From NCBI RefSeq assembly GCF_030848545.1, contig NZ_JAVDCA010000010.1, positions 140,574 through 164,573 of the forward strand: a DNA stretch of 24,000 nt, given 5' to 3'. Shown here piece after piece: positions 6,877 through 15,857 of the stretch. The notes beneath the pieces are model-generated. The model made no database searches, had not been told where the DNA came from, and worked only from the letters and a program-made list of their open reading frames with translations. Origin of the DNA: Astrobacterium formosum. Lineage in GTDB: Bacteria > Pseudomonadota > Alphaproteobacteria > Rhizobiales > Xanthobacteraceae. Position 1 is the stretch's first letter. Every line of letters starts with the position of its first letter. The position numbers and the translations under genes are program-made.

Positions 6877-7024
6877 GTCATTCCGGGGCCGAACCATAAG
6901 CGCGTTCACGCGCGTCTTCGACGCGCTATGGCGAGGAGCCCGGAATCCCTAATCCCGGCATATCCCCATCTTTTCGACAGGGGTTATGGATGCCGGACAG
7001 CCGCTTCGCGGCTTCCGGAATGAC
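6877..7024. repeat. MITE/REP-like composite palindromic element with perfect 10-bp termini gtcattccgg / ccggaatgac
   Basis: Left module: gtcattccggggccgaaccataagcgcg...cgcgctatggcgaggagcccggaat. Right module: ccggacagccgcttcgcggcttccggaatgac, with an internal agccgc/gcggct hairpin. It lies between the asnS stop and the cytochrome b561 start. Confidence 0.75.
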
Positions 7025-7052
7025 GACGAAAGCCCTTCAGCAGAATGTTCGA

Positions 7053-8459
<1,407 letters not shown>

Positions 8460-8613
8460 GGGACCCGAGAGTGACTCCGGAAAAGTGAATTTGTCCAGTG
8501 GCGTGACCGGCTCGGTGTAGCCCCCGCCACGGATCGATACCATGGCGATCAATGTGAAGAATCGCTTAAGGGTTCGCCATCACAGTGCGGCCCTGGCTTC
8601 CCAAGGCGACGCG

Positions 8614-9339
8614 ATGACCAAGACCTCGGAATGGCGGGCGGAGAGGAACCGGAAGGCGCTGGCGCGGCTCGAAAAGGCGCTGCCGGCCGTATTTCCGGCG
8701 GTGGTGCTGCGGCGTGCGTTGGCGCGGCCCTTCATCCCGCCGATGCCGCGGCTCGCCGTCGACGGCTATTGGCGCGCCCATCCGCTGCGGGCCGATGCCC
8801 TGGCCCGTGCACTCGCGGCCCGCTCCGGCACGCCGGACGGCTGGACATGGCGGCTGGCATCGGGTGACGACGACGGGCTGGCGACCACGTTCCGGGCGCC
8901 GCCCGCCCCCTATCGCGAAAAGGCGTTTTCCCGCGGGCCCGGCCACTGCTGCGTGTGCGGCCAGCCCGTGTTCCGCTTCGGTTGGCACTGCGACCTGTGG
9001 GAGGCCGGCCCGAACCCGCGGGCGCGCTGGCATACCGCCTGCGTGGTCGCCTGGCAGCTATGGACCGCGCCTTCGGACCACATCGCCATTTTAAAGAAGC
9101 GCCAGGGCCGGCGTTGTCCGCAATCGGGAAAGCGCCTCGCCAGGACCGCCGAGGTGGATCATCGCCAGCCGCTCTATCGGGTGTGGAGCGAACAGCGCCA
9201 CCTCCCTTGGCCCAGCCTGCTCGCCTTCTGGGGCGTCCCCAACCTGCAGGTGATCAACCGCGACGCCCATGTGGCCAAATGCGCCATCGAAGCCGACGAG
9301 CGAAAGCGATGGCGGGCGGTCGCAGTGGCGGACATTTGA
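8614..9339 (+). CDS. hypothetical protein with a C-terminal HNH-like nuclease motif and an extra CxxC...HxxC knuckle
   Basis: HCCVCGQPV...WHTAC, followed by EVDHRQPL...NLQVINRDAHVAKC (D-H...N...H spacing typical of HNH). Start at MTKTSEW (8614). The longest ORF (8542) would overlap the asnS leader. Confidence 0.6.
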   Translation: MTKTSEWRAERNRKALARLEKALPAVFPAVVLRRALARPFIPPMPRLAVDGYWRAHPLRADALARALAARSGTPDGWTWRLASGDDDGLATTFRAPPAPYREKAFSRGPGHCCVCGQPVFRFGWHCDLWEAGPNPRARWHTACVVAWQLWTAPSDHIAILKKRQGRRCPQSGKRLARTAEVDHRQPLYRVWSEQRHLPWPSLLAFWGVPNLQVINRDAHVAKCAIEADERKRWRAVAVADI

Positions 9340-9361
9340 TGCCCGGCAATGAATCCAGGCC

Positions 9362-9451
9362 CGTCATGCCCGCGCTTGTCGCGGGCATCCTCGTCTTCAG
9401 AGCCTTGCCGCAGCGAAGACGTGGATGGCCGGGACAAGCCCGGCCATGACG
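9362..9451. repeat. MITE/REP-like nested palindrome between convergent genes
   Basis: The left arm cgtcatgcccgcgcttgtcgcgggcatcctcgtcttc is the inverted partner of the right arm gaagacgtggatggccgggacaagcccggccatgacg. Each arm contains its own 9-bp hairpin. It probably also acts as a bidirectional terminator. Confidence 0.75.
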
Positions 9452-9473
9452 ACGGATGGATCGAAAACGATCT

Positions 9474-10457
9474 CTAGTCGATGCGGGCGCCGGACTGCTT
9501 GACCAGTTGCCCCCATTTGGTGACTTCGCGCGGGGTGAAGGCGGCAAGCTCGTCGCCCTTCATGGACAGGAGTTCGACGCCCTGGCCCCGCAACTGGCGG
9601 ATCATGTCGGGATTGGCGAGAATCTTGTCGGACGCCTGCCGCAGACGCGTCACCACCGGTTCGGGCGTGCCGGCGGGCGCGTAGAAGCCGAACCAGGCGA
9701 CGAGATCGAAGCCGTCGAAGCCCTGCTCGATCATGGTCGGGACATCGGGCGCCGCGGCGCTGCGCTTGGCGCTGGAAACCCCGATGGCGCGCAAGGCGCC
9801 GCTCTGGACGTGCGGGAGCACGCCGGCCGGATGATAGAACATGAACTGCACCTGGCCGGTCATGACGTCGGTCACGGCGGCGCCGCCTTCCTTGTAGGGA
9901 ACGTGCACCATCTTGCCGCCGGACTTGTTCTTGACGAGTTCGCCGGCGAGATGTCCCGAGGTGCCGGTTCCCGCCGAGGCAAACGTGATGCCGTCGGGCC
10001 GTGACTTGGCCAGCGCCACCAGTTCGGCGACGTTGGTGACCGGCAGTTCCTTCCTGACGATCAAAAGCGTCGGCGTGTAGCCCACGAAGGCGAGCGGCAC
10101 GAAGTCCTTCACGGGATCGTAGGACAGACGAGCAAACAGGCTGGCATTGATGGCGTGCGTGCCGACCGTCCCCATGGTGAGGATGTAGCCGTCGGGCGGC
10201 GCCTTGGCGACCGCACCGGTGCCGATGGAACCGCCGGCGCCCGGCCGGTTCTCGACCACCACGGTCTGGCCGAGCTCGGCGCCGAGTGCATTGCTGAACA
10301 GCCGCGTCACCACGTCGGTCGAGGTGCCGGGGCCGAACGAGACGATCATGCGGATCGGACGGTTGGGATAGTCCTGCGCTTGGCCCGAGGCGGCGCCGAC
10401 CAACAGGGCGGCGAACCCCGCCACGAGGGCGGTCAAGTGACGTGCCAATCTCGACAT
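9474..10457 (-). CDS. Bug-family (TctC-like) periplasmic solute-binding protein
   Basis: Signal peptide MSRLARHLTALVAGFAALLVGAASGQA, then the family signature QDYPNRPIRMIVSFGPGTSTD. AAGGAG lies 9 nt upstream of the ATG at 10457. Confidence 0.88.
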   Translation of the reverse strand: MSRLARHLTALVAGFAALLVGAASGQAQDYPNRPIRMIVSFGPGTSTDVVTRLFSNALGAELGQTVVVENRPGAGGSIGTGAVAKAPPDGYILTMGTVGTHAINASLFARLSYDPVKDFVPLAFVGYTPTLLIVRKELPVTNVAELVALAKSRPDGITFASAGTGTSGHLAGELVKNKSGGKMVHVPYKEGGAAVTDVMTGQVQFMFYHPAGVLPHVQSGALRAIGVSSAKRSAAAPDVPTMIEQGFDGFDLVAWFGFYAPAGTPEPVVTRLRQASDKILANPDMIRQLRGQGVELLSMKGDELAAFTPREVTKWGQLVKQSGARID

Positions 10458-10498
10458 GCAGCCGGCTCCTTTGATGAAACTGGTGGACGGGACGACTT

Positions 10499-11155
10499 TC
10501 ATCCGCCGCCCAGATAGGCGTCGGACATTGCGACTTCCCGGCCGGCCCGCGTGAGGACGACACTGTCGGGAAAGTCCTGCCGATACTCGACTCCGAGATC
10601 GTCGAGACGGGCGATGAATTCGCCCAGACGCGCCGCGCATGCGCCGGCGATGTCGTGCAGGACGACGACCGACCAGTCGGCGGCCTCGACGTCGCGGATG
10701 CCGCGGGTCACCCACTCTTCGGGATCGTACCAGTCGCCCGGAACGCTGTTCCAGGTGACGCAGCAATAGCGCTGCTCCAGGAACAGCGACAGCGCGGCGC
10801 GATTGAGCAGGTGCGGTCCGATGCGTCCCGACTTTCCGTACGGCCGGAACAGCTTGTCGGGATGCGCGCAAGCGCCGATGCGCCGCTGCGTTTCCTCGAT
10901 CTCGCGGATCGTCACGGCGGCATCGCGCTGCTCGCCGAAGGCGACGCTGTGGGTGAGGGTGTGGTTGCCGATCCAATGTCCGGCCGCGTGGGCGGCGCGC
11001 ATGAGCGCGGCGGCTGCGGGGTCGGCGAGCTTGTTTCCGATGACGAAAAACGTCGCCTTGATGCCGCGCCGCCCGAGCGTGTCGAATACCTTCGGGCTCA
11101 CGCCCGGGGTCGGACCGTTGTCAAATGTCAGTGTGACGCGCTTGTTCACGCCCAA
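10499..11155 (-). CDS. polysaccharide deacetylase (NodB-homology domain) family protein
   Basis: Motifs TFDNGP and IGNHTLTH are present. There is no signal peptide. TTG start at 11155 (alternative GTG at 11149). Confidence 0.8.
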   Translation of the reverse strand: MGVNKRVTLTFDNGPTPGVSPKVFDTLGRRGIKATFFVIGNKLADPAAAALMRAAHAAGHWIGNHTLTHSVAFGEQRDAAVTIREIEETQRRIGACAHPDKLFRPYGKSGRIGPHLLNRAALSLFLEQRYCCVTWNSVPGDWYDPEEWVTRGIRDVEAADWSVVVLHDIAGACAARLGEFIARLDDLGVEYRQDFPDSVVLTRAGREVAMSDAYLGGG

Positions 11156-11307
11156 TTGCCCGGCCTGCTGTCTGCGGCCGTCACCTTTACGGTGTCATCC
11201 GCCGCCGCGCAACAGAGGCGCCGGGCGCGCTGCCGCGCATGCGCCCGGACCATGACATTTGATTAACTCATGGCTCACATGAGCCAAAGTCAACGATCGC
11301 CGTCGGC

Positions 11308-12126
11308 TCAATGGGCGACCAGCCCGCGGTCGCGGAAGATGCGCACGGCGGCGTCGACCTGATCTCGGGTCGGCGGTGCTGTATCGACGAGCGGATAGCG
11401 CCGGCCGAGTTCGGCCCATTTGTGCATGCCGAGCCGATGATAGGGCAGCACGTCCACCTGCTTGACCAGCGGCCCGAGGCCGGCCGCGAAGTCGGCGAGC
11501 CGTGCGATGTCGTCGGCGCCGTCGGTCAGCCCGGGCACCAGCACGTAGCGCAGCCACATGGGCTTGCCGAGACGGACCAGCCGGTGGGCGAAGTCGAGCG
11601 TCGGGGCGAGGTCGCATCCGGTGATGCGGCGGTAGGTCGCAGGATCGGAATGCTTGATGTCGAGGAGGACGAGGTCGACGGCGTCGAACCAGTCGTCGTC
11701 GACCTTGCGGGCCAGATGGCCCTGGGTCTCGATGGCGGTGTGAAGCTTCAATTCGTCGTGCACGCGCTTCAGGAGTTCGCCGACGAAACGGTGCTGGGTG
11801 AGCGGCTCGCCGCCCGAAACCGTGACGCCGCCAGCCATGCGCAGGAACGAAGCGTAGCGGGCCACCTCGGCGACCGCCTCGTCGAGGCCGATCTCGCGGC
11901 CGGCCTTGAGTTTCCAGGTATCCGGATTGTGGCAGTAGAGGCAGCGGAACGAGCAGCCGGAAAAGAAGAACATGAACCGCATGCCGGGCCCGTCGCCAGC
12001 GGCACCGGTTTCCACCGAATGCAGGTAGCCGACCGCCGGTTCGAGCAGCGGCGCCGGCGACCGCGGCAGGCGGGCGAGCAAGCCTGCCTGCGGCGCCTGG
12101 AGGAGTTCGGGGGTGTGCATGGGCAT
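11308..12126 (-). CDS. pflA: pyruvate formate-lyase activating enzyme (radical SAM)
   Basis: GDGPGMRFMFFFSGCSFRCLYCHNPDTW (CX3CX2C), plus GGVTVSGGEP and VPGLTD. Start at MPMHTPE (12126), 17 nt after the focA stop. This gives about 24 aa of N-terminal extension relative to my recollection of E. coli PflA, so the start is uncertain. Confidence 0.88.
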   Translation of the reverse strand: MPMHTPELLQAPQAGLLARLPRSPAPLLEPAVGYLHSVETGAAGDGPGMRFMFFFSGCSFRCLYCHNPDTWKLKAGREIGLDEAVAEVARYASFLRMAGGVTVSGGEPLTQHRFVGELLKRVHDELKLHTAIETQGHLARKVDDDWFDAVDLVLLDIKHSDPATYRRITGCDLAPTLDFAHRLVRLGKPMWLRYVLVPGLTDGADDIARLADFAAGLGPLVKQVDVLPYHRLGMHKWAELGRRYPLVDTAPPTRDQVDAAVRIFRDRGLVAH

Positions 12127-12142
12127 TGCCGGTGCGCGGCTC

Positions 12143-13108
12143 TCAATGGTTGGGGGAGTCAGCTCGCCCTTCGGTGCGGGCGGCAGCCATACGGGCGCCG
12201 TTGACCGCGACCTGGCGCAGCGGTGTCGGTTCGGCGGTGGGCCGCGCCGCCGGCAGCGGCGACAGGCCACCGAGGCACTTGCGGTAGATGGCCCAGTAGA
12301 CGAAGCCGACGAAACCGGCGCCGCCGACGATGTTGCCGAGCGTCGCCGGGATCAGGTTATGGACGATACCGGCGAGCGTGATCGCCGAGACGTCGAGGCC
12401 GGCCGGGACCTGCCCGGTCGCGGCCAGCAGCCAGGCGAACGGCAGGAAATACATGTTGGCGACGCAGTGCTCGAAGCCCGCAGCCACGAAAGCGGCGACC
12501 GGCAGCACCATGCCGGCCATCTTGTCGGCGACCGAGCGGCCCGCATAGGCGAGCCAGACGCCCAGGCAGACCAGGATGTTACACAGAACGCCCTTGAAGA
12601 AGATGGTGATGAAGTCGGGCGTGATCTTGGAGACCGCGAGCTTGAGCACGGCGGCACCGATGAGGCCGCCGCCGAGATCGGCGTGGTGGGCCATGTACAC
12701 CATGAAGACGAGGCCGAGCGCGCCGACCAGATTGCCGAGCCACACCGTCGTCCAGTTGGCGACGACCTCCGAGGTGCGGATCTGGCGGTTCATCCACGCC
12801 ATCACGATCAGGCAGTTGCCGGTGAAGAGTTCGGCACCACCGATCATCACCAGAGCGAGCCCGAGCGAGAACACGACGCCGCCGAGCACGCGCTGGATCG
12901 CGAAGCCGAGGGTCGGATCGGCGAGCACGATGCAGAAGAACATGCCGCCGAGCCCGATCGACCCGCCGGCCACCACCGACAGCATGAAGCTCGCCAGGAA
13001 GGGCATGCGCGCCTTCTTGACGCCGATCTTCTCGACCTTGTCCTGGATCTGGGCCGGCGAATAGGCCAGCGATCCGAACAGTTCCGTTTCCTGAGGGGCG
13101 TCCGCCAT
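12143..13108 (-). CDS. focA: formate/nitrite transporter family channel (FocA-like)
   Basis: FNT signatures GAELFTGN, FFKGVLCNILVCLGVW and GFEHCVANMY. The ATG at 13108 has GGTGAGGA about 7 nt upstream. The longer ORF start (13132) falls inside the repeat element. Confidence 0.88.
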   Translation of the reverse strand: MADAPQETELFGSLAYSPAQIQDKVEKIGVKKARMPFLASFMLSVVAGGSIGLGGMFFCIVLADPTLGFAIQRVLGGVVFSLGLALVMIGGAELFTGNCLIVMAWMNRQIRTSEVVANWTTVWLGNLVGALGLVFMVYMAHHADLGGGLIGAAVLKLAVSKITPDFITIFFKGVLCNILVCLGVWLAYAGRSVADKMAGMVLPVAAFVAAGFEHCVANMYFLPFAWLLAATGQVPAGLDVSAITLAGIVHNLIPATLGNIVGGAGFVGFVYWAIYRKCLGGLSPLPAARPTAEPTPLRQVAVNGARMAAARTEGRADSPNH

Positions 13109-13127
13109 GCGGCTATCCTCACCTTTC

Positions 13128-13244
13128 GTCATTGCGAGGAGCGAAGTGACGAAGCAATCCAGATCTTCACGGCGTAGCCCTGGATCGCTTCGCGGAGCCT
13201 GTCACCGGGCCGCGCTTTGCGCGGACCCGGTGGCTCGCGATGAC
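13128..13244. repeat. MITE/REP-like nested palindrome (gtcattgcgaggagcgaagYgacgaagcaatccag family), copy 1
   Basis: Termini are gtcattgcga / tcgcgatgac. The left arm is 34/35 identical to the copy at 22620. The right arm is interrupted by a second hairpin, caccgggccgcgctttgcgcggacccggtg. It lies between pflB and focA, abutting the focA RBS. Confidence 0.8.
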
Positions 13245-13265
13245 GGTTGTACTCGACGGCGTATC

Positions 13266-15524
13266 TTACATCGATGCGTGGAAGGTGCGATTGACGACGT
13301 CGAGCTGCTGCTCGCGCGTCAGGCGCACGAAATTCACCGCGTAGCCCGATACCCGGATGGTGAGCTGCGGGTAGATTTCCGGGTGCTCCATGGCGTCGAG
13401 CAGGGTCTCGCGAGAGAATACGTTGACGTTGACATGGTGGCCGTTGGCGGCCGCGAAGGCGTCCAGGCAGGCGACCAGGTTGCCCTGGCGCTCCTGCGGC
13501 AGCCGGCCGAGCGCCGAGGGGGTCGCCGAGGCGGTCCACGAAATGCCGTCGAGCGCGCACGCATAGGGGATCTTGGCGACCGAGGCCCCCGACGCGATGA
13601 AGCCCTTCTTGTCGCGGCCGTTCATGGGATTGGCGCCCGGCGCGAAAGGCTCGCCGGCGCGGCGGCCGTCCGGGGTGTTGCCGGTCTTCTTGCCGTAGAC
13701 CACGTTGGACGTGATGGTCAGAACCGACTGGGTCGGCTTGGCGTTGCGATAGAAGTGCGGCTGGGCCTCGATCTTCCAGATGAAGGTCTCGGCGAGCCAG
13801 ACCGCGATCTCGTCGGCGCGGTCGTCATTGTTGCCGTAGGCCGGATAGTCGCCCTCGATCACGTAGTCGACTGCGAGCCCGGCCTTGTTGCGCACCACCT
13901 TGACCTTGGCGTGCTTGATCGCCGACAGGCTGTCGGCCGCGACCGAGAGACCGGCGATGCCGCACGCCATGGTGCGCAGGATATCGCGGTCGTGCAGCGC
14001 CATCTCGATGCGCTCATAGGCGTACTTGTCGTGCATGTAGTGGATGGCGTTGAGCGCCTTGACGTAGGTCTTGGCGAGCCAGTCCAGCATGGGGTCGAGG
14101 CGGGCGACGACGGTGTCGAAGTCGAGTACGTCGTCCGTGATGGGCGTGAAGCCCTCGGCGACGACCTGGCCGGATTTCTCGTCGACGCCGCCGTTGATGG
14201 CGTAGAGGAGCGCCTTGGCGAGATTGGCGCGGGCGCCGAAGAACTGCATCTGCTTGCCGATGCGCATGGGCGAGACGCAGCACGCGATGGCGTAGTCGTC
14301 GCCCCAGTGCGGCCGCATGACGTCGTCGTTCTCGTACTGGATCGACGAGGTCTCGATCGAGATCTTGGCGCAATAGTCCTTGAAGCCCTCGGGAAGCTTC
14401 GTCGACCACAGGACGGTGAGATTGGGTTCGGGCGCCGGCCCGAGATTGACGAGCGTCTGCAGGAAGCGGAAGCTCGACTTGGTGACGAGCGAGCGACCAT
14501 CCTCGCCGACGCCGCCGATCGATTCGGTCACCCAGGTGGGATCGCCGGAAAAGAGTTCGTCGTAGTCGGGCGTGCGCAGGAAGCGCACGATGCGCAGCTT
14601 GATGACGAGATCGTCGATGAGCTCCTGCGCGCCTTCCTCGGTCAGGAGGCCGCGGGCGATGTCGCGCTCGAAATAGATGTCCAGGAAGGTGGAGACGCGG
14701 CCGAGCGACATGGCGGCGCCGTTCTGTTCCTTGACGGCGGCCAGATAGGCGAAATAGGTCCACTGCACGGCTTCGCGGGCGGTCGTGGCCGGCTGCGTGA
14801 TGTCGAAGCCGTAGCTCGCCGCCATTTCGGCCAGTTCGCCGAGGGCGCGCATCTGCTCGCACAGTTCTTCGCGCAGGCGCAGCGTATCCTCGTTGAACAC
14901 CGCGTCGTCGAGCTCGTGATATTCGCGCTGCTTGTCGGCCTTGAGCCGGTCGGTGCCGTAGAGGGCGACGCGACGGTAGTCGCCGATGATGCGGCCGCGG
15001 CCGTAGGCGTCGGGCAGGCCGGTGATCACGCCCGATTTGCGCGCCGCCAGGATCTCCGTCGAGTAGGCGTCGAACACGCCGGCATTGTGGTTCTTGCGAT
15101 ACTTGGTCCAGATCTCCTTGACGACGGGGTCGATGGTGAAGCCGTAGGCGTGCAGGCCGGCCTCCACCATGCGCAGGCCGCCATTGGGCATGATGGCGCG
15201 CTTGAGCGGCGCGTCGGTCTGCAGGCCGACGATCAGTTCGCCGTCGCGGTCGATGTAGCCGGGCGCATGGGCGGTGATGCTCGAGGGCTTGTCGACGGAC
15301 ACGTCGAGCACGCCTTTCTTGCGCTCCTCGGCGAGGAGGGCGGTGAGCTTCGCCCACAGGTCGATGGTTCGCTCGGTCGGCCCGGCGAGAAATGCACCGG
15401 TGCCGTCGTAGGGCGAGTAATTGGCTTGGATGAAATCGCGCACATCAATGTGCGATTGCCAGCGGCCAGGAACGAAATCGGACCAAGGCGCATCGGCGGT
15501 AATATGGCGGGGGATAGCGTTCAT
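13266..15524 (-). CDS. pflB: formate C-acetyltransferase (pyruvate formate-lyase)
   Basis: Glycyl-radical motif [11 protein letters not shown] near the C-terminus and active-site IACCVSPM. The N-terminus ...[20 protein letters not shown] parallels E. coli PflB. I prefer the ATG at 15524 (GAGG 6 nt upstream). The longest ORF starts at 15539. Confidence 0.93.
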   Translation of the reverse strand: MNAIPRHITADAPWSDFVPGRWQSHIDVRDFIQANYSPYDGTGAFLAGPTERTIDLWAKLTALLAEERKKGVLDVSVDKPSSITAHAPGYIDRDGELIVGLQTDAPLKRAIMPNGGLRMVEAGLHAYGFTIDPVVKEIWTKYRKNHNAGVFDAYSTEILAARKSGVITGLPDAYGRGRIIGDYRRVALYGTDRLKADKQREYHELDDAVFNEDTLRLREELCEQMRALGELAEMAASYGFDITQPATTAREAVQWTYFAYLAAVKEQNGAAMSLGRVSTFLDIYFERDIARGLLTEEGAQELIDDLVIKLRIVRFLRTPDYDELFSGDPTWVTESIGGVGEDGRSLVTKSSFRFLQTLVNLGPAPEPNLTVLWSTKLPEGFKDYCAKISIETSSIQYENDDVMRPHWGDDYAIACCVSPMRIGKQMQFFGARANLAKALLYAINGGVDEKSGQVVAEGFTPITDDVLDFDTVVARLDPMLDWLAKTYVKALNAIHYMHDKYAYERIEMALHDRDILRTMACGIAGLSVAADSLSAIKHAKVKVVRNKAGLAVDYVIEGDYPAYGNNDDRADEIAVWLAETFIWKIEAQPHFYRNAKPTQSVLTITSNVVYGKKTGNTPDGRRAGEPFAPGANPMNGRDKKGFIASGASVAKIPYACALDGISWTASATPSALGRLPQERQGNLVACLDAFAAANGHHVNVNVFSRETLLDAMEHPEIYPQLTIRVSGYAVNFVRLTREQQLDVVNRTFHASM

Positions 15525-15639
15525 TTCGACCTCTGGCATCGCCCGGGACGTCGGAACGCTCAGAAGGCTCGATCAGTCGAGCCGGCGCTGGCCGGAAGTC
15601 ACACGGTGCGCGCAAACGTGTAGCCGCAGGGGTCAACGC

Positions 15640-15678
15640 GAAATAGGCGAGCCACGGCACACGATTGATGAACTGCGA
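15640..15678 (-). promoter_or_regulatory. candidate degenerate FNR/FixK site plus -10 upstream of pflB
   Basis: The minus strand reads TCGCAgttcATCAA (one perfect half-site, 7/10 overall), then 19 nt, then TATTTC. This is the same architecture as the box at 200-239. It is adjacent to a strongly AT-rich patch (15685-15730). Confidence 0.3.
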
Positions 15679-15819
15679 GCACAAGTAAGTACGTATTTTT
15701 ATGGATTAATCTACTCTGGAACTGGAATAAGGGCGCGCCGCGAATCGCAGAACAACGACTGCTGCAAGGCGATTTCTCCGGCGAAGTCGCAAACAGCCCA
15801 TGCGAGGCCGGCCACGACT

Positions 15820-15852
15820 GAGGCGCGCGCGCCTCGCCCCATTTGGGGAGAG
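15820..15852 (-). terminator. two overlapping GC hairpins directly after the ligJ-like stop
   Basis: There is a perfect 16-nt palindrome gaggcgcgcgcgcctc (15820-15835) and a hairpin ctcgcccc-attt-ggggagag (15833-15852). No U-tract. Confidence 0.4.
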
Positions 15853-15857
15853 GGCTG

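Noticed and set aside
8542-8613. Longer start for the HNH-like gene (8542), and likewise the upstream extensions of asnS (8552), cytochrome b561 (6798), focA (13132), crp (4677) and mogA (1295).
   Set aside because: The extensions overlap divergent leaders, repeat elements or neighbouring genes and lack ribosome-binding sites. Internal starts with SD-like sequences give N-termini that match the respective families.
11259-11286. TTGATtaacTCATG as an FNR site, and the palindrome tggctcacatgagcca as a pflA terminator or deacetylase operator.
   Set aside because: The second FNR half-site does not match (TCATG versus ATCAA). The 16-bp palindrome is real, but it has no U-tract and no supporting context, so I do not assign a function.
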